Origin: Bacteroidales bacterium
GTDB lineage: Bacteria > Bacteroidota > Bacteroidia > Bacteroidales > 4484-276
NCBI GenBank assembly: GCA_014860585.1
Contig: JACZJL010000143.1
Location: 2,543 to 66,542 of the forward strand
Direction of reading: 5' to 3'
Length of the DNA: 64,000 nucleotides
This document shows positions 20,211 to 30,700 of the stretch, one piece after another (positions within the stretch are counted from its first letter, which is position 1; each line of letters starts with the position of its first letter). The position numbers and the translations under genes were made by a program. The notes beneath the pieces are model-generated. The model ran no database searches. It had not been told where the DNA came from and saw only the letters and a program-made list of their open reading frames with translations.

Positions 20211-20391
20211 ATAAATTGATCGCTTCAGATACAATTAATCATAGTTTGAAATGAGTTCCTTGATGATAATACCTGTCAGTCAAACATATTTGGTGTTCAG
20301 GGTTTGCAGCAAGTTGGACATGCGACTGACTGAAAACATTCAGCTTTTTTAAAATTGTTCAATGCTTTTCCATCTTCTTATTAATTATTCC

Positions 20392-20399
20392 TATTTTTG
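20392..20399 (+). promoter_or_regulatory. -7 promoter box TATTTTTG upstream of metK
   Basis: Matches TAnnTTTG and implies a leader of about 147 nt before the metK ATG. Confidence 0.45.
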
Positions 20400-20552
20400 C
20401 AGCAGATTTTAATCTGATTTTCAGATTAAACCAATGGAGAAATTTGATTGATTGCAACCATTAAAAAAAATGCTAAAACAATTCGTTTTAACAGCCTTCC
20501 AGTCATCATTTCCTCCAATTTTCGGATAAAACAAATTTAAAATCATCAACAA

Positions 20553-21854
20553 ATGAGTTATTTATTTACGTCAGAGTCGGTGTCTGAAGGGCATCCCGAC
20601 AAAGTCGCCGATCAGATTTCAGATGCTTTACTCGATGAATTTTTACGTCATGACCCCAATTCAAAAGTTGCATGTGAAACGCTGGTTACTACTGGTTTGG
20701 TAGTACTAAGCGGTGAAGTTAAAACCAATGGTTATGTTGAAGTCCAGGATGTTGCCCGCAATGTCATTAACAAAATCGGATACACCAAGCCATCTTACCG
20801 GTTTGATGGAAATTCATGTGGTGTGATCTCAACCATTCACGAGCAATCAGGAGATATCAACCAGGGAGTCGAAAGACCTGATGAAAAAAATCAGGGCGCC
20901 GGTGACCAGGGCCTGATGTTCGGTTATGCCGTGCGTGAAATGGACAACCTGATGCCTTTGCCGATTGAACTGGCACACATTCTTATGCAGCAACTGGCAG
21001 CAATTCGTCACGAAGGAAAAGTAATGACCTACCTCGGCCCTGACTCCAAGTCGCAGGTCACCGTTGAATATGACGACGACAACACACCGGTACGCATTGA
21101 TACCATCGTAGTTTCCACACTTCACGATGAATTTGATACTGACCAGGCAATGTCCGCTAGAATCGAAGATGATGTAAGGAAATATCTGATTCCAAGGGCA
21201 GTTCAGGAAACACCGAAAAAATTCAGACATCTTTTCAAGGACGATTTTAAACTCCATATTAATCCTACGGGGAAATTTGTAACTGGTGGGCCACACGGCG
21301 ATACCGGTCTCACCGGACGCAAAATTATTGTTGACACTTACGGAGGTAGAGTAGCTCATGGCGGCGGCGCATTTTCAGGCAAGGATGCCTCGAAAGTTGA
21401 CCGTTCGGCGGCTTATGCCACTCGCCATCTGGCTAAAAACCTTGTAGCTGCAGGCGTAGCGGATGAAGTGCTGGTACAGGTGGCTTATGCCATCGGCCTT
21501 GCTAAACCAGTTGGTATTTTTATTAAAACTTTTGGAACAGCCAAAGTAACTGACGCTGACGGGAAGTTGATGAAGGACAGCCTGATCGCCAAAATTGTAG
21601 ATGAAATTTACGATCTAACGCCATACGCCATTATCAACCATTTTGGGCTGAAAAATCCTATTTTCTCCCGGACAACAACTTACGGCCACTTCGGAAGAGA
21701 TCACTACAAAGAGGATGTCGAAGTATATTTTGAAAATGACTCCACATTCAGGAAAACAGTTGACGGAAAAGAGCGGATTTTCAAAACTGTGGAGTTTTTC
21801 GGCTGGGAAAAGCTGGATTATGTGGATAAATTTAAAAAGGCGTTCAACATTTAG
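20553..21854 (+). CDS. metK: S-adenosylmethionine synthase
   Basis: 433 aa. Motifs [19 protein letters not shown] and GGGAFSGKD. Confidence 0.94.
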   Translation: MSYLFTSESVSEGHPDKVADQISDALLDEFLRHDPNSKVACETLVTTGLVVLSGEVKTNGYVEVQDVARNVINKIGYTKPSYRFDGNSCGVISTIHEQSGDINQGVERPDEKNQGAGDQGLMFGYAVREMDNLMPLPIELAHILMQQLAAIRHEGKVMTYLGPDSKSQVTVEYDDDNTPVRIDTIVVSTLHDEFDTDQAMSARIEDDVRKYLIPRAVQETPKKFRHLFKDDFKLHINPTGKFVTGGPHGDTGLTGRKIIVDTYGGRVAHGGGAFSGKDASKVDRSAAYATRHLAKNLVAAGVADEVLVQVAYAIGLAKPVGIFIKTFGTAKVTDADGKLMKDSLIAKIVDEIYDLTPYAIINHFGLKNPIFSRTTTYGHFGRDHYKEDVEVYFENDSTFRKTVDGKERIFKTVEFFGWEKLDYVDKFKKAFNI

Positions 21855-21855
21855 A

Positions 21856-21888
21856 TGAAAAAAACCGGTTACTGAGGCTGGTTTTTTT
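21856..21888 (+). terminator. intrinsic terminator after metK
   Basis: AAAAAACCGG-ttactgagg-CTGGTTTTTTT forms a 6-bp stem (one G-U pair) followed by a T7 run, starting 2 nt after the stop codon. Confidence 0.5.
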
Positions 21889-21999
21889 ATATGCTAAAGT
21901 ATTTTATCAGAATAATTAGAGGGTAAAACAGTCAAAAGGATTTAACCTTCAAGCGATGGCGTACAATTTTCTAATGAATAACTATTGGATGATTACGAC

Positions 22000-22467
22000 T
22001 TAATTGTAAATCCTGAGCGAAAAACCATCGTAAAAAGTCTGGTATGGAACCAGCGGATATGTTGCCGGGCCATTCTGAACTGTTCCGTCGATGATTAACC
22101 ACTTTGACCCGGAACAGGTATCGACAACGAACAAGCTCGATTCATCAACGATAACTTTGGAACAAATTCTCACCGGGTCTAAAATACAACAACTGTCTGG
22201 TTTATAGGTTGGTGTGCGCTCAAAAGCTTTAAAATCCTCCAAAGTCAGCCGATAAACCAAGATACCGCGGCTTGGCTCGTTGGCATTGATGTAAGCGTAT
22301 CCGCCAGGGCTGTTCAGAGAAATATATTCGGTGGAGTTGGGGTAAATAGTAATGTTGACGTAACCCGTCTGAATTGGGGGATCATCGTCGTTATTACACG
22401 CCGTCAGCAGGAGTAAACCCGTCAATCCCACAACTAAAAATAAACCAGTTAAAATTTTCGTTTTCAA
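22000..22467 (-). CDS. hypothetical lipoprotein
   Basis: Signal peptide plus lipobox (KTKILTGLFLVVGLTGLLLLTAC). I prefer the TTG at 22467 to the track start 22494. The mature part is Cys-containing and beta-rich, with no family I recognise. Confidence 0.55.
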   Translation of the reverse strand: MKTKILTGLFLVVGLTGLLLLTACNNDDDPPIQTGYVNITIYPNSTEYISLNSPGGYAYINANEPSRGILVYRLTLEDFKAFERTPTYKPDSCCILDPVRICSKVIVDESSLFVVDTCSGSKWLIIDGTVQNGPATYPLVPYQTFYDGFSLRIYN

Positions 22468-22534
22468 AATTATTAGTATCAGAATTTTGGTCAAACGCTA
22501 ATCCCGGTAATATATTTTTTCAATCGAATTACAG

Positions 22535-22786
22535 ATGATCAGGTGCAGAAGTGTAACTTTGCTTTTTCTCGTAATACTGCTGGTAGCTCCAGGTTGCGCA
22601 AATCAGGGTATCAAAAAGCAAAGGGAAATGGAAAAACGGCTTGAGAAGGAAGAGAATGAACGGGAAAAAGCATACAGGGAGGTTAAAAAGCAACATTATC
22701 AGATGCAGACCAGGGAAACCCAATTACGGATGAAGGAATCTGAGAAAAGGTACAAGAAACAACTCAAAAAGCGAAGAAAAAATTAA
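22535..22786 (+). CDS. small K/E/R-rich hypothetical lipoprotein
   Basis: 83 aa with an ATG start, a signal peptide and lipobox (LLVAPGC). The remainder is a highly charged, coiled-coil-like sequence. Confidence 0.4.
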   Translation: MIRCRSVTLLFLVILLVAPGCANQGIKKQREMEKRLEKEENEREKAYREVKKQHYQMQTRETQLRMKESEKRYKKQLKKRRKN

Positions 22787-22824
22787 TCTTAATTATACAG
22801 CATGGTTTCAAATACAATGCGATT

Positions 22825-25800
22825 TTGAAAAAGCCAGTATCAATAAAAATCATCTTTTTGTTTGCACAGATCATCTGTTTGAACATGGGAATAACAGCCC
22901 AAAACAGGGATTATCTCTTTGATCTGATCACTTCTGAGAAGAGAACACTCAGTAAAGGGCTTTCTCAAAATACAGTTTATGCAATCGTACAGGACAGGCA
23001 AGGTTACTTGTGGATTGGCACCTGGGATGGACTCAACAAATACGACGGACTTAAATTTACTACATACAACAAGGAAAGTGGCCTGAGCAACGAGGTCATC
23101 AATTGTCTACTTGAATCTGATGATGGGAACCTATGGATTGGTACCGAAAACGGGCTTAACTATCTTGATCGCCGCAGCGGAGTCATCACTGTTTTCCAGA
23201 ATAACCCGATTGATTCCACTACCCTGAGCGACAATTGGATAAATCACCTTTTCCAGGCGCCTTCCGGTAAAATTTATATCGGAACACGACGTGGATTTAA
23301 TGTTTTAGACCCGGAAACGGGTAAAGTACAGCGGTATCAAAGCAGGGATGCCGCAAACCGCCGAACGAAAAGTAACAATGTCAGGTTTATCAACCGGTAC
23401 AACGACGAATACCTTGTCGGGACTGATTTTGGACTCGTGAGATACAACCCGGGGACACATGAAAATATAAGATACCTCAATCGACCGGATGATTCTGCAA
23501 GCTTAAGCAATAACCAGGTAAACGTAATTTTTCCGGATTCCGGTGGTCGTGTCTGGATTGGTACAGAAAACGGGCTTAATATTCTCGATTGGGATAAAGG
23601 AACCTTCACAGTTTTTCTTCATGACCCCACTGATAACTCAAGTCTGAGTAACAATTCGGTTAAAACGATTTTTCAGGATAATGCCGGAGTGATCTGGATT
23701 GGGACTGATGGTGGCGGAATTAGTGTTTTTAATGATGATAAAAAGAATTTTAAAAGAATTATTAGTCAACCGGGATTGCCACATAGCCTTAATAATAACC
23801 GTGTTTATTCGATATTTCAGGATAAAACCGGTAATATGTGGTTTGGAACTTTTAAGGGATTGAATAAAATTAACCGGTTCACCAGGACTTTTAACTTGTT
23901 CACTCATTCACATGGCGCTCCAAATACAGTGGTGAACAACCTGATCTGGTCGTTTTGCGAAATAGAACCCGATGTGTTCTGGGTTGGAACTGATGACGGT
24001 ATCAGCATCTTCGACCGCGTAAATAATTCATTCTCCTTATTTAGCCTTAACAACGGCCTTTCCAGCAAAAGAATCAGATCTATGATATTGGATGACCTTG
24101 GGAACATGTGGATTGGTACCCGGGATGCAGGGCTTAATAAATTAAATTTGGCGACAGGCAAAATAAAGCAGTTTCAACCTTCGATCCAATACCAGAACAG
24201 CCTTACGGATAATTTTGTGATCTCTCTCTTCAGGGATAAACGAGGGAAAATATGGGCAGGAACTCAGGGCGGTCTTAATTGTATTGACCCACAGACCGAG
24301 ATAATCAAAATATTCCAAAACAATCCCGATGATAGTTCTTCCCTTTCTCATAATACAGTTTATCAGATTATTGAAGATAAAGAAGGGGTAATGTGGCTGG
24401 CGACCAATGACGGATTAAACCGCTACAACCCTGATTTGAATACTTTCACATCATTTAGGCATACAACAGGTCAGCAAGAAAATATCTCATCTAACAGGTT
24501 TTTTTGTTTGTTCGAAGACAGTGAACGGAACTTTTGGGTTGGAACTCGCGGAGGCGGGTTGTTATTATTTGACAGGGCAAGCGGCCGTTTTACTCAATCC
24601 TATACTGTTGAGGACGGATTACCTAATAATGTAATTTACGGCATTTTAGAAGATGAAGATGGTCTGTTGTGGATGAGCACCAATTGGGGGCTGTCGAGGT
24701 TTGATAAGCATAATAACATATTCGTTAATTATGATGTAACCGATGGCTTGCAAAGTAGCGAATTTAATGCACTGGCATTGCTCAAAAGCAGCAACGGACT
24801 TATGTTTTTCGGTGGAATGAATGGATTTAACCTGTTTCATCCTTCTGAAATACAAAGCAATCCTGACGTTCCGGATATCCTGATCTCAGGATTTAAATTG
24901 TTTAATATTCAGCAACCTGGTGAAATCAGGCATAAGGATACAATAGCCCTTAAAGCTGAGGATAATTTTTTCTCTTTTGAGTTTACGGCACTCGATTTTA
25001 TAAACCCCCACAAAAGCCAGTTTGCCTATATCCTCGAGAACTATAACAATGACTGGACCTATGTTGACGGATCAAAAAATTTTGCTGAATACACCAAAGT
25101 GAATCCGGGTACATATTACTTCAGGGTAATCGGTTCAAGCAGCGATGGAGTATGGAACAAAGATGGTGTTGTAATCACTGTAATTGTCAGGCCTCAATGG
25201 CATCAGACCTGGCTTTTTCGCATTTCACTTTTCCTGATCTTGATGGCAGGAATATGGTACGTTGTTTACAGGCGTTATCGCTTTTTGCAAAAAAAGAACA
25301 TGACAAACAATAAGATGTTACAAATCGAAAATCAATTGCTCGACATACAACAAAAAGCCTTGCGCCTGCAAATGAACCCGCACTTTATTTTCAATTCACT
25401 CAACTCTATCCAAAGTTTCATTTTATCCAAGGACATAGACCAAGCCGTGAACTACCTTAGCAGGTTTTCCCAACTCATGCGAATGATCATGGTCAACTCG
25501 ACCGAATCAGTAATTCCTCTTTCAGAAGAAATACTCGCTATCAGTCATTACCTCGAAATAGAGAAACTCCGTTTCGACGACAAGTTTGCTTACACAATTA
25601 GCATCGCTCCTGAAATTGATGAGGAGTTTACCGGAATACCACCAATGATTATTCAACCCTACATCGAAAATGCTATTATTCATGGATTGTTGCACAAACC
25701 CGCTAAAGGGAGGATCGATATAAATTTTGAAAAAGAGGGAAGCAGTATCCATTGTATTATTGCTGATGATGGCATTGGGAGGGCAAAAGCAGAAGAAATT

Positions 25801-25980
25801 AAGAAACAGACTGGCTTGAATCAGAAGTCGAAAGGGATGATGATCTCTAAAGAAAGGTTAGATATTTTTAATAAAAAGGACCATGACCTTTTTTCGGTTA
25901 AAGTTACTGATTTGTTGGATGAAGCTGGAAACCCAGCCGGAACCAAAGTCGAATTATTCATTGCCTATCAGGAGATTTAA
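22825..25980 (+). CDS. sensor histidine kinase: double beta-propeller (about 14 Reg_prop blades) + Y_Y_Y domain + TM + LytS/YehU-type kinase core
   Basis: 1051 aa with a signal peptide. Fourteen W(I/V)GT..GL blades (WIGTWDGLNKY ... FFGGMNGFNLF) are followed by a Y_Y_Y-like segment (YYFRVIGSSSDGVWN) and a TM helix WLFRISLFLILMAGIWYVVY. The LytS-type H-box is NPHFIFNSLNSI and the ATPase motif is IQPYIENAIIHG. TTG start. Confidence 0.85.
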   Translation: MKKPVSIKIIFLFAQIICLNMGITAQNRDYLFDLITSEKRTLSKGLSQNTVYAIVQDRQGYLWIGTWDGLNKYDGLKFTTYNKESGLSNEVINCLLESDDGNLWIGTENGLNYLDRRSGVITVFQNNPIDSTTLSDNWINHLFQAPSGKIYIGTRRGFNVLDPETGKVQRYQSRDAANRRTKSNNVRFINRYNDEYLVGTDFGLVRYNPGTHENIRYLNRPDDSASLSNNQVNVIFPDSGGRVWIGTENGLNILDWDKGTFTVFLHDPTDNSSLSNNSVKTIFQDNAGVIWIGTDGGGISVFNDDKKNFKRIISQPGLPHSLNNNRVYSIFQDKTGNMWFGTFKGLNKINRFTRTFNLFTHSHGAPNTVVNNLIWSFCEIEPDVFWVGTDDGISIFDRVNNSFSLFSLNNGLSSKRIRSMILDDLGNMWIGTRDAGLNKLNLATGKIKQFQPSIQYQNSLTDNFVISLFRDKRGKIWAGTQGGLNCIDPQTEIIKIFQNNPDDSSSLSHNTVYQIIEDKEGVMWLATNDGLNRYNPDLNTFTSFRHTTGQQENISSNRFFCLFEDSERNFWVGTRGGGLLLFDRASGRFTQSYTVEDGLPNNVIYGILEDEDGLLWMSTNWGLSRFDKHNNIFVNYDVTDGLQSSEFNALALLKSSNGLMFFGGMNGFNLFHPSEIQSNPDVPDILISGFKLFNIQQPGEIRHKDTIALKAEDNFFSFEFTALDFINPHKSQFAYILENYNNDWTYVDGSKNFAEYTKVNPGTYYFRVIGSSSDGVWNKDGVVITVIVRPQWHQTWLFRISLFLILMAGIWYVVYRRYRFLQKKNMTNNKMLQIENQLLDIQQKALRLQMNPHFIFNSLNSIQSFILSKDIDQAVNYLSRFSQLMRMIMVNSTESVIPLSEEILAISHYLEIEKLRFDDKFAYTISIAPEIDEEFTGIPPMIIQPYIENAIIHGLLHKPAKGRIDINFEKEGSSIHCIIADDGIGRAKAEEIKKQTGLNQKSKGMMISKERLDIFNKKDHDLFSVKVTDLLDEAGNPAGTKVELFIAYQEI

Positions 25981-26004
25981 AGGTTGTTCATTCCATTAAA
26001 AAGT

Positions 26005-26012
26005 TATTTTTG
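26005..26012 (+). promoter_or_regulatory. -7 promoter box TATTTTTG upstream of the LytTR regulator
   Basis: Matches TAnnTTTG, 52 nt upstream of the TTG start at 26064. Confidence 0.45.
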
Positions 26013-26063
26013 CAATAAATAATCTGCATTGTTAACTTTTTCCGCTGGGAGGAGAGCAAGAAA

Positions 26064-26816
26064 TTGATCAGAGCCGTTATCATTGATGATGAAAAGCAAT
26101 CACGCAGTACGCTGACCAGTCTGGTTGAGCGTTATTGCCACAATGTAATGCTGGTAGGCGAAGCTGATGGTGTCCGCTCCGGAATGGAGGTGATAAAGAG
26201 TACTCAGCCCGACCTTGTTTTTCTTGATATTCAGATGCAGGATGGGAGTGGTTTTAAGTTGCTCGACTACCTTGATAAAATTGATTTTCAGATAGTTTTT
26301 ACAACAGCATTTGATCAGTTTGCCATTAGGGCCTTTAAATACAATGCCCTGGATTACCTGCTTAAACCCATTATTCCTCAGGACTTGATTAATGCAGTGA
26401 ACAGGGCGGAATACATTAAGGAACAACAAAAATATCTTGAAGGACAAAATATTGACGAACTTATCGAAGCGCATAAAAAGGCGACCGATTCACAAAAGAT
26501 CACCCTCACAACTGCCGATAAAATCCATCTGATAATGGTAAACAATATAATAAGGTGTGAATCGGATAATTACTACACCAGGTTTTTCTTCACGGACGCG
26601 AAAACATTGCTTGTTTCAAAGACACTGAAGGAAACCGAAAAGTTGCTTCACGACTTCGATTTTATGCGTCCGCACAAGTCACATCTGGTAAATCTCCGCT
26701 ATATCAAAGGATTTTTAAAACATGAAGGCGGTTTTATTTTGATGTCAGATGGCACCGAAGTTCCTGTTGCCCGAAGAAAAAAAGAAATGGTTCTTAAAAT
26801 ATTAAATCAATTGTAA
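26064..26816 (+). CDS. LytR/AlgR-family response regulator (receiver + LytTR DNA-binding domain)
   Basis: 250 aa. The receiver has IIDDE, DLVFLDIQMQDGSG and LLKP. The C-terminal LytTR-like segment runs ITLTTADKIHLIMVNNIIRCESDNYYTRFFF...HKSHLVNLRYIKGF. Confidence 0.88.
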   Translation: MIRAVIIDDEKQSRSTLTSLVERYCHNVMLVGEADGVRSGMEVIKSTQPDLVFLDIQMQDGSGFKLLDYLDKIDFQIVFTTAFDQFAIRAFKYNALDYLLKPIIPQDLINAVNRAEYIKEQQKYLEGQNIDELIEAHKKATDSQKITLTTADKIHLIMVNNIIRCESDNYYTRFFFTDAKTLLVSKTLKETEKLLHDFDFMRPHKSHLVNLRYIKGFLKHEGGFILMSDGTEVPVARRKKEMVLKILNQL

Positions 26817-26990
26817 ATCAATATTATAAATAGATAATTAATACATTAACCCAGATTTGAACAAGAAAAATTTGTAAAGATATTAAAACGGCTTGTTGCA
26901 ACCAATGGCTTTAGCTTTTACATCATAAATATCATTAATACAGTGGTTTAGAGGCTAAATCGTAGTTAGGTTAAAGGGATTTCCTCTAAA

Positions 26991-27020
26991 CCGAAAACTT
27001 ACATTTAAGAGCCGAAAACT
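26991..27020 (+). promoter_or_regulatory. candidate LytTR operator: perfect 9-bp direct repeat CCGAAAACT - 12 nt - CCGAAAACT
   Basis: Repeat 1 is at 26991-26999, the spacer TACATTTAAGAG at 27000-27011, and repeat 2 at 27012-27020. The site lies 175 nt downstream of the LytTR regulator gene and 72 nt upstream of the ATG at 27092. Near-consensus -7 boxes follow at 27037-27044 (TTCATTTG) and 27052-27059 (TATTTTTA). Confidence 0.5.
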
Positions 27021-27091
27021 GATTTTTTGGACAGGGTTCATTTGTGCCTTGTATTTTTACTTGTTCAAGTTGCGAAAAATAGTTTTTCAAA

Positions 27092-27613
27092 ATGGAAGAT
27101 TACATTTACTACTTAATGCTTGTTGTTTGGCTTGTTTTCTCATTTTATCAACAGAGTCAGAAGAAGAAGCGAAAAAAAGCTGAAATGGAAGCGGCTCAGG
27201 CCAGGCAGGAGCAGAACCGGCAGTATGATGAACAGAAACCGGCAGGAGCAGGCACAGAAGCGCCGCCAGACTCAGGATTCAAAAAGATACTCGAAGAGTT
27301 ACTGGGAGAGGAAGAAGTATTAGTGCCAGAATATGAAACGAGGCCGGTTGAAGTAACCAGAAATTTTGATGAGGAGAGCGTCAGTGAAAGAAATGAATAT
27401 CAGAAATACCTTGAGAGTAAAAGTTACAAGGAGGGCGAATCACTTGAGATGGGATACTTGTCAAGGAGTAGCCTGGAAGATAAGATCGTTGAACTGGAAA
27501 AGGACATGAAACTGCAGGAACATGAGTTGGAAGTGACTGAATCTCATTATTCAAGTGCGTTTAATTTGCGTAGTGCAGTGATTTACTCAGAGGTACTGAA
27601 ACGAAAATATTAA
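27092..27613 (+). CDS. hypothetical small membrane protein (N-terminal TM helix, charged E/K/Q-rich remainder)
   Basis: 173 aa. YIYYLMLVVWLVFSFY is followed by KKKRKK. No terminator is visible before the next gene. Confidence 0.5.
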   Translation: MEDYIYYLMLVVWLVFSFYQQSQKKKRKKAEMEAAQARQEQNRQYDEQKPAGAGTEAPPDSGFKKILEELLGEEEVLVPEYETRPVEVTRNFDEESVSERNEYQKYLESKSYKEGESLEMGYLSRSSLEDKIVELEKDMKLQEHELEVTESHYSSAFNLRSAVIYSEVLKRKY

Positions 27614-27730
27614 TTAAGTATCATTTTAAATAGAGGACTAAAAGAAAAAAGGTTTGGCCGTAAGATTTTTTTATTACTAATTTTACCGCCCTTTAGCAAC
27701 AAAGTATAATCTAACGTAAAATTATATGAT

Positions 27731-30700
27731 ATGTTAAAACATTTACTTTTAACAATTGTAGGTTTGTTGGCAATCAACCTGTTGGCATTTTCCCAAACAG
27801 GCTCCATTCAAGGGCAGATACTTGATGCGGATACAAAAGAACCCATTCCGTTTGCCAACGTGGCGATTTATTCGGGAGGTAACCTTCTGACAGGTGCCAC
27901 AACCGATTTTGACGGCAAATATGCTGTCAGGTCATTAAGACCCGGTAACTATTCAGTAAGGGCTTCTTTCGTTGGCTATCAGTCTCGAGAGATATCGGGA
28001 GTAGTTGTTCGTGCGGATCAAATTACCTTTTCGGACATTGAACTAAAGGCTACGGCTGAAGTTTTAGAGACAGTAGAGGTTACTGAATACAAGATACCGC
28101 TCATCTCCAAAGACCAGACAACATCCGGCGCCACCCTGACATCCGAGGAAATTGAAAAAATGCCCAACCGGTCAGCAACCTCAATTGCTACCACGGTGGG
28201 AGGTGTTTATTCAGATGCCGACGGCGGTAGCATCAGTATCCGTGGTCAGCGGCAGGAAGGGACAGTTTATTATATTGATGGAATGCGCGTATTGGGTTCA
28301 ACCAACATGCCTGAGTCGTCCATCGAGCAGGTAGCTGTTATTCTTGGTGGTGTACCCGCTAGGTTTGGAGATGCTACGGGGGGTATTATCAGTTTGACAA
28401 CAAAAGGCCCTTCTCGCGAATTCGGTGGCGGACTGGAGTTACAAACTTCCCAGTTTCTCGATAAGTTCGGCTATAATCGTCTTGGATTTAGTTTGCAGGG
28501 ACCAATTCTGACAAAAAACCAGGATGGTAACAAATCCTCAATCCTTGGCTATTTTATTGCCGGCGATGTTGTTTACCGTGAGGATGGAAGGCCTTCAGTC
28601 AGCGGGTCGATTGACAAGGTAACGGATGAGTATCTTGCCTATTTGAAAGAAAACCCACTGCGACCCTCAGGAACAGGTTTCGGCTCATTCGATAACAGTT
28701 TGTTTACAAAAAAAGCGGATACCGAAAGCATTGAAAATACGCAGAATACAAACTCTCTTGATGTGAGTTTGTCAGGGAAAATTGATATCAAAGTTTCTCC
28801 CACGGTCAATATGTCAATTGGTGGCTCCTACAACGTACAGGATTACAAGGCGTTTCAGTATGCAGGCTCTTTGTTTAACTACGAAAATAATCCCCATGTT
28901 TACAATAATACATGGCGTGTTTATGGCAGGTTAACCCAAAGATTTTCAACTGACCGGGAGAGTAGTTCCACAATCAGGAATGTTTTTTATACGATCCAGG
29001 CCGACTACTCGAAATTTTATCAGGTGGTTGAGGATGATTCCCATCGTGACGATCTTTTCAAATATGGGTATTTGGGGAAATATGATACTTACAAGCGCAG
29101 GTCCTACGAGATTGGAACTGATACCGTTAATGGTCAGATTTATTCCAATGTTTGGGTGCAAAATGCTTTCCAGGATACTGCATTCACTTTCCAGCCTTAC
29201 GAATTTAATCCTGTAGTAGCCCGCTATACGGAGCAGTATTATGAGTTTTATCCTGAGAAAGGCGATTGGAGAGATCCAGCTAATGGATACTGGCTTAATT
29301 CCAATCAGGTGCAACTTTATGGTGGTTTACTTAATGGACAGTCGCCTGATAATGTTTACACGATGTGGCAGGGTTTAGGGGCACAATACAATGGATACTC
29401 GGTAGCAAATAACTCACAGGTGGGGATTTCTGCCAATGCATCTGCCGACATCGGAAACCACGCGATTGAGTTCGGTTTGCAATACGAACAGCGCACAAAT
29501 AGCTCTTATGGATATGGTCCTGTAGGTCTTTGGACTATGATGCGTCAGATCACCAATGCGCACATCAACGAATTGGATAAAAGCAGTGCACATCTTGTTG
29601 TGGTGGATGGTGTTTTTCAGGATACTATCAATTATGACCGACTCTATAGTTTCACGGATCAGCGGATTTTTGATATCAATCTCAGGGAAAGACTTGGATT
29701 GAATGTTCAAGGTACCGATTGGATTGACATTGATTCTTACGATCCAAACACCCAAACCATCAGTTATTTCGATGCCAATGGAAATTTAAATAAAAACATT
29801 CCTCTCAGAGGAGGTTTATCCATTGATATGTTCAGTCCCGATGAGTTGTTCAACGATGGTTTCAGCTATGTAAATTACTATGGATACGATCCTTATGGTA
29901 ATAAACAATCAAGTCGTCCCGCGTTTGATGATTTTTTCAACAAAACAGAAAGCATCTTACTACCAAACGGGCAGACCAAATTCTATAATACACGGGATAT
30001 TGGAGCATTCCAACCTATTTACATGGCAGGTTATATCCAGGATAAATTTGCATTCGACGATTTGATTTTTAACATTGGAGTTCGTGTTGACCGCTTTGAT
30101 GCCAACCAGATGGTACTGAAAGATCCTTACCTGTTCTATTCAGCATATACTGCTGATGAGGTAAAAACAGTCGGTGGAAAGCAGGTGACCCATCCGGGTA
30201 GTGTTAGCGGTGATGCAGTGGTTTATATTGATAATAAAGACAATCCTTCAGAAATATTAGGATATCGCGAAGGAAGTGTATGGTACAATGCTACCGGTAG
30301 TGTTATTCAAAACCCTGAAATACTTGATGCAGGAAATGGCATTACACCGTACCTTGTTAACCCGGGGCAAAATCAAATTACATCAGATGTTTTTAAAGAT
30401 TATGATCCTCAGGTAAGTGTAATGCCCCGTATTTCATTCTCTTTCCCGATTTCTGATGAAGCACTTTTCTTTGCTCACTACGATATTCTTACCCAGAGGC
30501 CAACTTCTGCATTGAGAATGGATCCAACGGATTATTTTTTCATTGCACAACGTGGAAGTATCAATAATCCCAATCTAAAACCTGAAAAAACCATTGATTA
30601 TGAACTGGGCTTCCAGCAAAAGATAAGCAATTCATCCTCTCTTAAATTATCAGCATTCTATCGCGAAATGCGCGATCAGATTCAATATTTCCGCTACACA

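Noticed and set aside
20847-21359. 170-aa antisense ORF inside metK, and similarly 8535-8975 inside dnaJ and 2088-2480 inside nfeD
   Set aside because: These lie opposite highly conserved housekeeping genes. They have no independent signals and their composition is implausible.
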